A DNA stretch of 64,000 nt, taken from assembly GCA_009886125.1 (NCBI GenBank), contig VFJK01000031.1, forward strand, positions 1,466 to 65,465, in the 5' to 3' direction. This document shows, in pieces, positions 39,235 through 48,794 of the stretch (position 1 is the first letter of the stretch; each line of letters begins with the position of its first letter). The position numbers were made by a program, and so were the translations under genes. Source of the DNA: Geobacter sp. (lineage in GTDB: Bacteria; Desulfobacterota; Desulfuromonadia; Geobacterales; DSM-12255). The notes under the pieces are model-generated. The model saw only the letters and a program-made list of their open reading frames with translations, had not been told where the DNA came from and searched no databases.

Positions 39235-39945
39235 TTAATCTTTGTCCAGAGCCCTTCTGCTGAACCGGTAACCGACACCTCTCACTGTCTGAAAAAATGA
39301 AGGATTCGTCGGATCAGATTCGAAATATTTCCTGAACCTGACGATAAAGTTGTCAAGAGTCCTTGTCTCGACTTCGGTTGAATACCCCCAGACCCTTTCC
39401 AGTAACTCACTTCGACTGACGGCTGCTCCTTCCTTTTGAAAAAGAAGAGTAAGCATTCGGACTTCAAGGTCGGTCAGGTCAATCTCCCCTTGTGCAGTTC
39501 TCGCTCGGTACGAAAGCAGATATACTTCGTTTTCGCCAAAACGGTAGCCTTCTTCAACAGGTTCAGGCAGATACCAGGAAGAGCGGCGCAGCATCCCTTT
39601 TACCCGGAGCAGAAACTCATTCAAGCTGAACGGCTTGGTAAGGTAGTCATCAGCCCCGCTGGCAAGACCGGTGACCCTGTCACCCTCCTCTGAGCGGGCT
39701 GTAAGCATAAGTATGGGGACTCTTGAATCGGATTCTCTTACGCTTTTGCATAATGTAAATCCGTCCATGCCAGGGAGCATCACATCAAGGATGATAAGTG
39801 CGAATCGGTCATAAAAAAGCCTTTCCAGAGCCGCCTCTCCGGTTTCTACATGGCTGACACGGCAACCCTCCTGCTCAAGATTGAAGCATATCCCTCGCGC
39901 CAGATGGATTTCATCCTCTACGAGCAGAATATTCGGTTTGTCCAT
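39235..39945 (-). CDS. OmpR/PhoB-family response regulator
   Basis: Receiver (ILLVEDE, IILDVMLPGMDG, K in LTKPF) plus a winged-helix C-domain (VRGVGYRF). Confidence 0.9.
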   Translation of the reverse strand: MDKPNILLVEDEIHLARGICFNLEQEGCRVSHVETGEAALERLFYDRFALIILDVMLPGMDGFTLCKSVRESDSRVPILMLTARSEEGDRVTGLASGADDYLTKPFSLNEFLLRVKGMLRRSSWYLPEPVEEGYRFGENEVYLLSYRARTAQGEIDLTDLEVRMLTLLFQKEGAAVSRSELLERVWGYSTEVETRTLDNFIVRFRKYFESDPTNPSFFQTVRGVGYRFSRRALDKD

Positions 39946-40889
39946 TAGTTTGCTCCAGCCATCGGCAGGGAGATGGTAAAACGACTTCCACCCCCCGTAT
40001 TTGCACGCTCGACATAGATCTTCCCGTTATGCCTTTTTACAATTGACTTCACAATGTACAGTCCGAGACCTGTCCCTCTGATCGTTTCTCCAGTCTCTCT
40101 GACACGGTAGAACATTTTGAAGATGTTTTTCAGCTCATCAGGGTCAATACCTCTTCCGTTATCAGATACTGAAAGAGTGCAGTTTCTCCCGTTTTTTCTC
40201 AGTTGCACATGAACTTCCGGGGATGCCGGGCTGTAAAGAAAAGCATTTTCAAGCAGATTGCGGAGCACCATTTCCATCCCTTCGCTATCGATTTTTGCAG
40301 ATATTCCTTGCGCAATTTCTCCGGTAAGACGGCTCTCTTCAGGAAGGTGCTGACCAAACTCCTGAATGAATCTGTCAACAAAGTTGCTTAAGTCGACGAG
40401 TGTCAGAGCGGCACCTAAAGGACGTTGTTCAAGTTTTGCAGCCATCAGGAAATTACTTATGAGACTGTTAAGGCGCTCAGTATCTGCGAGCATTGTATCA
40501 AGAAAGCGCTCCATTTTTTCCGGTGAAGGGTTACGGAGCCTTATTGTCTCGAGATGAAGCCGGATTGAGGCGAGAGGAGATTTGAGTTCGTGCGTTATCT
40601 GGGAGATGAAGGTTTTCTGCTCCGCATAAAGACGTGACTGGCGTTTCCAGTATATAAAAATGATGTAAAGGCCTACTAATACGAGTGCAAGCATGATTAT
40701 GCCGCCTGCAAGCACAGGCCAGTTGATATGCTGCGGAACGAGATCCGGACGATATTTCTCAGCAATTGATCTCAGCTCATAATGTCGTCCCATGAACCAG
40801 AGAATCCAAAGGACGAGAAGTCCGATCCAGATAATCTGAACAGCAATAAGGGTGATTATCGGGTTTAACAGGTATTTAAGTCGACGCAT
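39945..40889 (-). CDS. Histidine kinase with two TM helices and a very short external loop
   Basis: H-box (ITHELKSPLASIRL) and G-box (GTGLGLYIVKSIV). About 25 aa separate the TM helices. There is a 1-nt TAATG overlap with the response regulator. Confidence 0.88.
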   Translation of the reverse strand: MRRLKYLLNPIITLIAVQIIWIGLLVLWILWFMGRHYELRSIAEKYRPDLVPQHINWPVLAGGIIMLALVLVGLYIIFIYWKRQSRLYAEQKTFISQITHELKSPLASIRLHLETIRLRNPSPEKMERFLDTMLADTERLNSLISNFLMAAKLEQRPLGAALTLVDLSNFVDRFIQEFGQHLPEESRLTGEIAQGISAKIDSEGMEMVLRNLLENAFLYSPASPEVHVQLRKNGRNCTLSVSDNGRGIDPDELKNIFKMFYRVRETGETIRGTGLGLYIVKSIVKRHNGKIYVERANTGGGSRFTISLPMAGAN

Positions 40890-41531
40890 GCTTAATGCTT
40901 TAGCATTCGGGAAGTGCTGTTAGCAATCAATTTCGATCATGAGTGACGTTAATTATGAAATGCTGAATTAAAAAATCTTGTTATTGTCGCCAATTAATAC
41001 TATTTTACTCGAATGCAACTGAAACAGACACAATCTACCGCGTTGCGACTCATATCGGTGAACAGAAAAACAGCCATCTTTTTTCTGATAACTCTGACCA
41101 TGACACTGATCACTCTTGGCGTCCGTCTGCCATCTCCAACCGGGATCTCATCCAATTCAGGAAAGCCGAAGCCTCGTCCAAGAGCAGTAATCCAGAACCA
41201 GATTAAAACCTGCAAGCAGATATTAAAGAGCTTTTCAGAGTCGTCAGTATCCATCCCGGAAAACTCTCTCACACTTTTCACATATGAAACAGGCAGGGAA
41301 GTTACTCTGTTTTCCGTTAGTCAACACTCCTCCGTTCCACAATTCAGTGTATCCTCACGAGCACCTCCTTCAATTTTATTTATTTCCTGAATAATCTGAT
41401 CTGTTGTAAGGGGCAAAGCTGTCTGAGATTGATCTGCAGTACCTGCCTTCAACAATAGAATTTCAGTATCCCCTTTAAACCATGCATTCCGGGTTGTCCG
41501 GATAGCCTTATCCAGTTTGAGGAGAGGAGAT

Positions 41532-42536
41532 ATGAAACCTCTTTCGATAGTCATTCCGGTCTACAATGCTGAAAAGACCATTGAATCGCTTTGCAATACC
41601 CTTATAAGCCTCTATTCGGATATGTACGGACTCGAGATTGTGCTTGTGAACGATAACAGCAACGATAGTTCTGATCTTATCTGCAGAAGACTGTATCAGG
41701 AGCAGCCTGAGAGAATCACTTATCTGCGGCTCTCACGGAATTTCGGAGAACATTGTGCCGTCATGGCCGGATTGAATCATGCCTCAGGTGATCTCTGTGT
41801 AATCATGGACGATGATTTCCAGAATCCTCCAGATGAGATAATAAGACTTCTGGAGGAGATGGAAAAGGGGTATGACGTGGTCTACACCCAGTACACTATA
41901 AAGCGCGACAGTTTTTTCCGCAATCTCGGCAGTATTGCCAACGACAAAATGGCTAACCTTATTCTGCGAAAGCCGGCGGATCTATACCTTTCCAGCTTTA
42001 AGATCATAAACAGATTTCTGCTGGGCGAAATCATCAAATACCATGGACCCGACCCGTATATTGACGCCATTATCCTGCGAGCTACAGATAATATCGGCAA
42101 GGTGCCGGTTCGCCATGACGAGAGGAAAACCGGCAGTTCAGGCTATACCATGAAAAAACTGATTTCCCTCTGGGGAAACATGGTGGTCAGCTGTTCGCTG
42201 ATCCCCCTGCGGATTATCGGTATCGTAGGGTTCATCCTGACTGTTTTCGGTGCATACATGGGATTTGATGCTTTAATAGACTGGATCATTCCTACCATGG
42301 AAGACCCGACTGAGTATGAAACCCTGACAGCAGTCACCGCCTTCTTCCGGGGGTTCCAGATGCTTGCAATCAGCGTGGTTGGCGAGTATGTCGGTCGAAT
42401 ATACCTCTCTTTGAATGCAGACCCGCAGTTTGTAATCAGAGAGAAGTTCTCTTCTCCCGGAAAGGGCCAGTTTAAATCAATTCAAAAGGTACACACATAT
42501 AATGACAAAGAGAAATGTAGCAGCACAACGGCATAA
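41532..42536 (+). CDS. GT2 polyprenyl-phosphate glycosyltransferase (ArnC/GtrB/DPM1-like)
   Basis: Start at ATG 41532, behind GGAGAGGAGA. Motifs: SIVIPVYNAEKTI, VNDNSND, IMDDDFQNPP. Two C-terminal TM helices. Confidence 0.85.
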   Translation: MKPLSIVIPVYNAEKTIESLCNTLISLYSDMYGLEIVLVNDNSNDSSDLICRRLYQEQPERITYLRLSRNFGEHCAVMAGLNHASGDLCVIMDDDFQNPPDEIIRLLEEMEKGYDVVYTQYTIKRDSFFRNLGSIANDKMANLILRKPADLYLSSFKIINRFLLGEIIKYHGPDPYIDAIILRATDNIGKVPVRHDERKTGSSGYTMKKLISLWGNMVVSCSLIPLRIIGIVGFILTVFGAYMGFDALIDWIIPTMEDPTEYETLTAVTAFFRGFQMLAISVVGEYVGRIYLSLNADPQFVIREKFSSPGKGQFKSIQKVHTYNDKEKCSSTTA

Positions 42537-43977
42537 AGCATCTGCGACAAAATCCGTGGCGGGTTTCCTGGCAGGGTTGTCTCCCGAAGACTGCCGTCTT
42601 GTTTTCCGCTCTCGTACAGTAAAGTCCTCGCTTCACTCTGACCGATATCTTGACAGGTGGTTGAAATCACGACTTCTTCACCCGGATCTTAAAGTAACCA
42701 CTATTTCATTGAATGACATGAACGGGTGGAGAGTAAATCCCGAAAAGGGGGATATCTCACATGAATCCGGCAGGTTCTTTTCAATTATCGGGGTGGATGT
42801 ACGTCAAAGATCCAAAGACAAAGAGTTCTTTTGGGATCAGCCGGTTATCGATCAGCCTGAAGTAGGGATTCTCGGCATTCTTGCAAAGAGAATAAAAGGT
42901 GTACTCCACTTTTGTCTTCACGCTAAAGAGGAACCGGGGAATATCAACGCAATACAGCTCTCTCCAACAGTGCAGGCGACCTACAGTAACTATACCAGGG
43001 TACATGGCGGCGCTTTGCCTAAGTTCATAAACTATTTTCTTGATCAGACAATTGGCCGTATCATATATGCAAAGCTCCAGACAGAAGATGGCGGCAGATT
43101 TCTGTACAAGTCCAACAGAAACATGATTGTTGAGGCCTTTGATCCTGAACTTGATACCCTTCCCGAAGGTTTTATCTGGCTGACCCTTCGCCAGATCGGG
43201 CGGATCTTGAAAAACGACAATACGGTTCATGCCTGTACCAGGAGCATCCTTTCTGCACTGATTTTACCGGAAAATGTGTGCGGCACTGTCAAGAGTCCGT
43301 CCACCGGACCCGGAGCGCGAAGAGCAGAAAGCAGCAGAGCCGGAGAGATTTTCCAGTGGCTGGACAACAAGAAGGCGTCAACCCACTTTCTGGTGAAACG
43401 GATAGACCTTAACTCCCTGAAAGATTGGGGGATGGATAGAGACGGATCGTTTTCTCACGAAGAGGGGCGTTTCTTCAGAGTTGTAGGTATTGATGTAGAG
43501 TCAAGCGAGCGAGAGGTGTCAATCTGGAATCAGCCTATTTTAGACAACCCCGGAAAAGGTGTTATCGGGCTTCTGTTAAAGGTTGAAAATGGTACGAGAT
43601 ATTTCCTGATGCAGGCAAAAGCCGAGTTCGGGAATAGAGGAATAATCCAGATAGGGCCTACAGTTCAATTTACTCCGGGGAACTACATAGGGAACAAAAA
43701 ACTTCCAAAGCCGTTTCTTTTTGATGAGTTCTGTAATCCGGAATATCACCGATTGAAGTTCGACTCACTTCAGAGCGAGGAGGGTGCACGCTTTTACAAG
43801 GAAGAACATCTTCACAGGATTCTTCTGCTGGGAGATGGTGAAGCGATTCAGATACCGCAAGAGTATATGTGGATATCTGAATCGGATCTGCATTTTTTTC
43901 TCAATATCGGTGAGATGGTAAACTCCTGTGCGAGAAGTGTCGTCTCGATTTTGTTGTGCCAGGAGCTCGCAAAATGA
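42502..43977 (+). CDS. NDP-hexose 2,3-dehydratase (EvaA/TylX3 family, two-lobed)
   Basis: An internal duplication is visible: HESGRFFSIIGVDV...WDQPVIDQPEVGILGIL...PTVQATYSNY versus HEEGRFFRVVGIDV...WNQPILDNPGKGVIGLL...PTVQFTPGNY. Confidence 0.75.
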   Translation: MTKRNVAAQRHKASATKSVAGFLAGLSPEDCRLVFRSRTVKSSLHSDRYLDRWLKSRLLHPDLKVTTISLNDMNGWRVNPEKGDISHESGRFFSIIGVDVRQRSKDKEFFWDQPVIDQPEVGILGILAKRIKGVLHFCLHAKEEPGNINAIQLSPTVQATYSNYTRVHGGALPKFINYFLDQTIGRIIYAKLQTEDGGRFLYKSNRNMIVEAFDPELDTLPEGFIWLTLRQIGRILKNDNTVHACTRSILSALILPENVCGTVKSPSTGPGARRAESSRAGEIFQWLDNKKASTHFLVKRIDLNSLKDWGMDRDGSFSHEEGRFFRVVGIDVESSEREVSIWNQPILDNPGKGVIGLLLKVENGTRYFLMQAKAEFGNRGIIQIGPTVQFTPGNYIGNKKLPKPFLFDEFCNPEYHRLKFDSLQSEEGARFYKEEHLHRILLLGDGEAIQIPQEYMWISESDLHFFLNIGEMVNSCARSVVSILLCQELAK

Positions 43978-45702
43978 AAAGAAAAAGAGATAGCTCCTCA
44001 AAAGATAGGTATACCTCACCCTCCGGAGAGGAGATAAAGGTTCAAACAGTTCAGTCTCCTGATGATTCGCCGGTTCTACCCTTGTCAGAAATCTTATTGA
44101 GGCACAAGGATTCGATTCTTGTCGTACTGTTGTTTTTAGCCGCTCTTGCCGTACGCATATACTCACTCAAGTTTTTTCATGTAATTCCGACTGATGGCAC
44201 AAGCTATGTAGAAACGGCACGATCTGTCGGGCGAGGAGAGATCGATGGTATAGCGGTCTACGGGTTTTACCCGATATTGATCTGGGTTATGAACTTCTTC
44301 ATCAGCGATGGTGAACTCGCTGGCCGACTGGTTTCGGTTCTGTTCGGCTCAATGCTGGTTATCCCGTTATATCTGCTGGGGAGAGATATCTTCTCTAGGA
44401 ATATCGCGCTGTCTGCCTGCCTTGTAGCCGTGGTCTGGCCTCCTCTCGTGGGTTCATCATGCGAAGTTATTACACAGTCCACTCATACGACGCTTCAGTT
44501 GACTGGTGTTTATTTTGTGTGGCGTGCCTTCAAAGAGTACAGAATTTCGGATGGTTGCCTTGCCGGATTTTTCTTCGGGCTCACTTACCTCACTCGACCT
44601 GAAGGGTTGCTCCTCTTTTTTATGACTCCGCTTGCCTTCTTCTGTTTCCGTTTAAAGGAGACCGTTAAAAAGCCGGCGTTTCTTTGGGCTTATTCTGGCT
44701 CTTTTTTCATTTTTTTTTGCCATCAACCTGTTACTTGTTCATCATGTGACCGGTGAGTGGCAGATTTCTGCAAAGACAGATAGCGCGCTGAACGATGCCC
44801 TGAGTTATTATCTTAAAATTCCTGATCTTAATTACATCCCAGGTTACGAACCCAAAGGTTATCTTGATATCCTGAGAGATCACCCGGAATTCATCTGGAA
44901 GAATTCGATTCTTAACATTAAAAAGGCGTGGGAAACGATACTGCCGGTTCCACTCTGGATATTTTTCATGACAGGTTTTTTCTCAGGAGGTTTTTCAAGG
45001 GAGAGAAACATCGTCAGGTTTTTTCTGCTTTCTACAGCGGTTCCTATTGCCGTCTTAGTTGTATTCTACTACATCAATTCCGGATACATCGAGGCGTATC
45101 TGCCGGTCATTTTCCTGATTACGGCCTCAGGTTTTATTACGGCTGAAACATGGTTGAAGGGAAAAATTGCCGGTTATTTAAGTGCCGAACAGAACATTGT
45201 TATTGGAAGGGTACGATTCCTGATTGCCGCTTCGCTTGTTTATGCAGTGATACTTATTGTGCCTCAGGCAATAAGGAAGGATATACCTGATTCAGAATAC
45301 GACCCTGTTGCTGATAACTACAGGCGTGCCGAGAAGCATGTCGGGCTGCTGCTGAAAGAATCGCTTCCCCCAGGAAAGATAATGACCCGTTGGGCAAGGA
45401 TTGCCTTTTACGCCGAACGGGAGTGGGTGAATATCCCTGCGGCTACTACTTATGAGGAGATAATCCTGCTGGCCAGGAAGAGCGGCGTGCGCTTTTTAAT
45501 TGCTGACGGTACGCTTTACAGTATGCGTCCCATGCTCGGAAAGGAGCTTTTTGAACCTCTAAGTGATGGGCAGCAGCCTTACGGGAAATTCTTTCATAAC
45601 GATCCGAATTACAGGGTGAAGGGGCTGCGGCCATTCATGCTATATACGGATCCCAAAAGTATGGGTGTGGTGGTTTATGAAATTGACCAAGAGTCCGGCT
45701 GA
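43974..45702 (+). pseudogene. ArnT/PMT_2-like GT-C membrane glycosyltransferase, interrupted by a +1 frameshift at T-runs
   Basis: Tracked ORFs 43956..44756 and 44746..45702 join into one ~575-aa polytopic protein if a single T is removed at 44702-44718 (...SFFIFFAINLLLVHHVTGEWQ...). The ATG at 43974 overlaps the upstream stop (ATGA). Confidence 0.75.
44702..44718 (+). repeat. Homopolymer tracts T6 (44702-44707) and T9 (44710-44718) at the frame switch
   Basis: Read directly: cTTTTTTcaTTTTTTTTTgcc. Both frames are open only between 44656 and 44756. Confidence 0.9.
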
Positions 45703-46696
45703 AGTGGAAGCACTGGTTTTGACCGCTGCTCCTGTGCGGGTCGGCGTTCTGGGTTGCTCGGATATCGCAAGGAGAAAATTCATCCCGGCGCTTGAAAATT
45801 GCTGTAATGCCACTTTTGCCGCTGTATCAAGTCGCAGTCGGGAAAAAGCTGCAGAGCTATTGCCGGGAATACACTGTCCTATCCTTACTCCTGACGAACT
45901 TCTCCAGGACAGTACTATTGATCTGGTCTATCTCTCCTTACCGAATCATCTTCATGAAGAGTGGTCGATGCGGACTCTGGATGCGGGCAAGCATCTTATC
46001 TGTGAAAAGCCTCTCTCCACTTCACTTGCATCGGCAGAAAAGATTCTTGCCTGCGCTGCAAGGAATGATCGGCTGATTTATGAAAACCAGATGTTTCTGT
46101 TCCATCCCCAACATGAAGCAGTAAGATCGCTGATAGGGTCCGGAAGGATAGGGAGGTTAATATCTCTACGGGCTTTTTTCGGGTTTCCGCTTCCCGGAAA
46201 GGGCGATTTCAGGCTCGATCCGGATCAGGGTGGAGGCGCTTTTCACGATCTGGCGCGTTATCCGCTCGGGATCGCAGTCCATCTGCTGAAAGGGACGCTT
46301 CAGGGCTTCAGGGGCCATTCTTCCTGGCATGACGGGCTCAATAATGCAGTAATCGGGACCGCGTGTACAGATGCAGACGAGCTGTTCAGCTTTTCGATAG
46401 GCTTTGGCCAGCAGTATGAATCACTCTACGAAGTTATCGGTGAATCCGGAAAAATAAGGCTTGAGCGGGCCTTTACAACTCCTGCTGATTATTCGAACAG
46501 GATTATTTTTGCTGAGGGGCTCAAAGTCACAGAGATAGCAGTGGCGCCTGCCGATCATTTCCAGCTGATGATAGAGAGTATCTCTGACATAATCCAGTCC
46601 GGAGCCGACTACTCGTTTCTTAACCGCAGGGCGGCGAAGATTGCGCGCTTTGCAGATGCCATGGAGAGGGGCTGTATAAAACATGAGTATGCATAG
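45677..46696 (+). CDS. Gfo/Idh/MocA-family NAD(P) oxidoreductase (candidate sugar ketoreductase)
   Basis: Rossmann N-terminus (VRVGVLGCSDIARRKFIPAL) and an EKPL motif (ICEKPLS). The start is uncertain (ATG 45677 or GTG 45704). Confidence 0.8.
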   Translation: MKLTKSPAEVEALVLTAAPVRVGVLGCSDIARRKFIPALENCCNATFAAVSSRSREKAAELLPGIHCPILTPDELLQDSTIDLVYLSLPNHLHEEWSMRTLDAGKHLICEKPLSTSLASAEKILACAARNDRLIYENQMFLFHPQHEAVRSLIGSGRIGRLISLRAFFGFPLPGKGDFRLDPDQGGGAFHDLARYPLGIAVHLLKGTLQGFRGHSSWHDGLNNAVIGTACTDADELFSFSIGFGQQYESLYEVIGESGKIRLERAFTTPADYSNRIIFAEGLKVTEIAVAPADHFQLMIESISDIIQSGADYSFLNRRAAKIARFADAMERGCIKHEYA

Positions 46697-47831
46697 TGAC
46701 CATAATTCGATCATTCGCCATGAACCGGTAAAGTACTGGGACTACCTGCCTGAGTACACGCGCCATAAGGCAAATATCCTGAGAATTACAGACGAGGTTT
46801 TTTCCTCCGGCCGCGTCATTCTCGGAAGCCGTGTCGAGACGTTTGAACGGAATTTTGCTGCTTTCTGCGGGGCGGCTTTCGGAATCGGGGTGAACTCCTG
46901 TACCGATGCACTGTTCCTTGCTCTGAAGGCGCTTGATATCGGGGCAGGGGATGAAGTGATCACCGTCTCAAATACAGCTGTCCCGACGGTCGCAGCCATA
47001 AGAGCGAGCGGTGCTCTTCCGGTTTTTGTGGATGTCGAGAGTGACACGTTCCTTATGGATCCGGCATTGCTAGAAGATGCCGTTACCGGGAATACCCGCT
47101 GTATCCTCCCGGTTCATTTATGCGGGCAGGCTGCTTCCATGGAGCCGATTCAGGAGATAGCTTCCAGAAGAGGCCTTTCAGTGATCGAAGACTGTGCCCA
47201 GGCTGCCGGAGCAACGTATCAGGGGCAGAAGGTCGGCAGCATCGGAGACGTCGGCGCTTTTTCATTCTATCCTACAAAAATACTCGGAACTTTCGGCGAT
47301 GCCGGTATGCTGACGACCTCATCCGCGGATATGGCAGGCAGATTGAAACGTCTCAGGTTTTATGGCATGGAGGGAGAGTATTACTCCGAAGAAGAGGGGT
47401 ACAACTCCCGGATCGATGAGCTTCATGCGGCTCTGCTTGATTTCAGGCTGCAGTGGCTTGAGGAGGAGGTCTCACGCAGAAAAGCGATTGCCGACTTGTA
47501 TTCAGAGGGGTTGCAAGGGGTTGGCGATATTTCTCTGCCGGCAATCCGTTCTGACAGAGATCACCGATACTATTTATTCACAATCAGAACCGCCTTCAGG
47601 GATCAGCTTAAACAGTATCTTGCAGAGAACCTCATAGAGACCAGAATAAATTATCCGACCCCGATCCACCTGATGCGCGGCTATACTTTCCTCGGCTATT
47701 CAGCTGGCTCCCTGCCGGTAACCGAGAAGCTTGCCGGAGAGATCCTCTCGCTGCCACTGTATGGTGCGCTTCCGCTGTCTCACGTAGAGCTGGTCATAGA
47801 GCGGATCCGCTCGTTTTTCGCCACGAACTGA
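46683..47831 (+). CDS. DegT/DnrJ/EryC1-family PLP-dependent sugar aminotransferase
   Basis: FERNFAAFCG..., DCAQAAGA, and FSFYPTKILG (PLP lysine). Confidence 0.88.
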   Translation: MSMHSDHNSIIRHEPVKYWDYLPEYTRHKANILRITDEVFSSGRVILGSRVETFERNFAAFCGAAFGIGVNSCTDALFLALKALDIGAGDEVITVSNTAVPTVAAIRASGALPVFVDVESDTFLMDPALLEDAVTGNTRCILPVHLCGQAASMEPIQEIASRRGLSVIEDCAQAAGATYQGQKVGSIGDVGAFSFYPTKILGTFGDAGMLTTSSADMAGRLKRLRFYGMEGEYYSEEEGYNSRIDELHAALLDFRLQWLEEEVSRRKAIADLYSEGLQGVGDISLPAIRSDRDHRYYLFTIRTAFRDQLKQYLAENLIETRINYPTPIHLMRGYTFLGYSAGSLPVTEKLAGEILSLPLYGALPLSHVELVIERIRSFFATN

Positions 47832-47837
47832 AAACTC

Positions 47838-48602
47838 ATGAACCAGCATGAATACCGGCAGATGTATCAGGTTGAGGATTTTCACTGGTGGTATGTTTCT
47901 CTCCATGAACTGATCGTATCCGTTGTCTCAAAGGCGCGCTCCGGAACAGAAGAGTTACGGATTCTTGATGCCGGGTGCGGAACGGGGCGACTTATCCAGA
48001 TTCTCGAAGCTTTCGGCATCGTGTCCGGTTGTGATATTTCGTACGATGCACTGGACTGTTGCCGGCAGCGAGGTCTGACCGGGGTGTTCAAGGCCGATCT
48101 CAACAATGCGGTTTTCCCTGCTGTCCACTATGACGTGATCACCTCTATAGATACCCTTTATCACAACGCTGTCGAGGATGAAAAAGTCATCCTCGCACGA
48201 TTTCATGATGCGCTCAAACCTGGCGGGTTGGTGATAATAAACCTGGTCGCGCATGAATTCCTGCGCAGCACCCACGATATGGCTGTGCATACCAGAAAGC
48301 GTTATACCCGGAGAGAGGTCGTCAACCTGCTTGAGGAGAGCGGTTTTGTCGTCCAGATGGCGACGTACAGGTTGGGGCTGCTTTTTCCTCTGATTGCTTC
48401 ATACAGGCTGCTTCGCAGATTGTTCAATTGCGAATCTGACGCAGAACAGGTAACTTCAGATGTCCATCTTCCGAACAAGTTCATTAACCGGTTACTCCTC
48501 AGCCTGTCCAGAGTCGAGAACCGGTTTATCCTCAAAGCACCCATTCCTGTCGGTACATCAGTCTTCGCTGTCGGAAAGCGTCCGCTATCCGGTCCCTCCT
48601 GA
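47838..48602 (+). CDS. Class I SAM-dependent methyltransferase
   Basis: ILDAGCGTGRL motif I; EDFHWWY N-terminal motif. Confidence 0.8.
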   Translation: MNQHEYRQMYQVEDFHWWYVSLHELIVSVVSKARSGTEELRILDAGCGTGRLIQILEAFGIVSGCDISYDALDCCRQRGLTGVFKADLNNAVFPAVHYDVITSIDTLYHNAVEDEKVILARFHDALKPGGLVIINLVAHEFLRSTHDMAVHTRKRYTRREVVNLLEESGFVVQMATYRLGLLFPLIASYRLLRRLFNCESDAEQVTSDVHLPNKFINRLLLSLSRVENRFILKAPIPVGTSVFAVGKRPLSGPS

Positions 48603-48794
48603 AATACTCTATTGTCAGTGGCCTCAGGGCATTCAGCTAGCTGAATTTGTTGACAGCCTACGGTGAATTGTATTATCTTGTCCGTTCATCTATTTTTCCT
48701 AACATATTTGAAAAACAAAAGTTTTCATAACCTGACAGCATTTTTCAGCAGATTTAACCTCGGGCTGACGAAGATCGACTTCATGGAGTAGCGT

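Noticed and set aside
41000-41554. Three overlapping ORFs (41000..41281 -, 41013..41390 +, 41321..41554 -) in the large gap. These were considered as toxin-antitoxin genes or remnants of a degraded gene.
   Set aside because: No credible start or SD. The start of 41321..41554 lies inside the GT2 gene. No TA, transposase or other motif was recognised, so they cannot be supported as genes.
48631-48646. Perfect 16-bp palindrome ATTCAGCTAGCTGAAT between the methyltransferase and ilvD. Also noted: a nearby TTGACA (48650) with a poorly spaced TATTAT.
   Set aside because: It could be an operator or a weak terminator, but there is no T-run, no second copy in the window, and the -35/-10 spacing of 15 nt is poor. 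Evidence is insufficient to call it.
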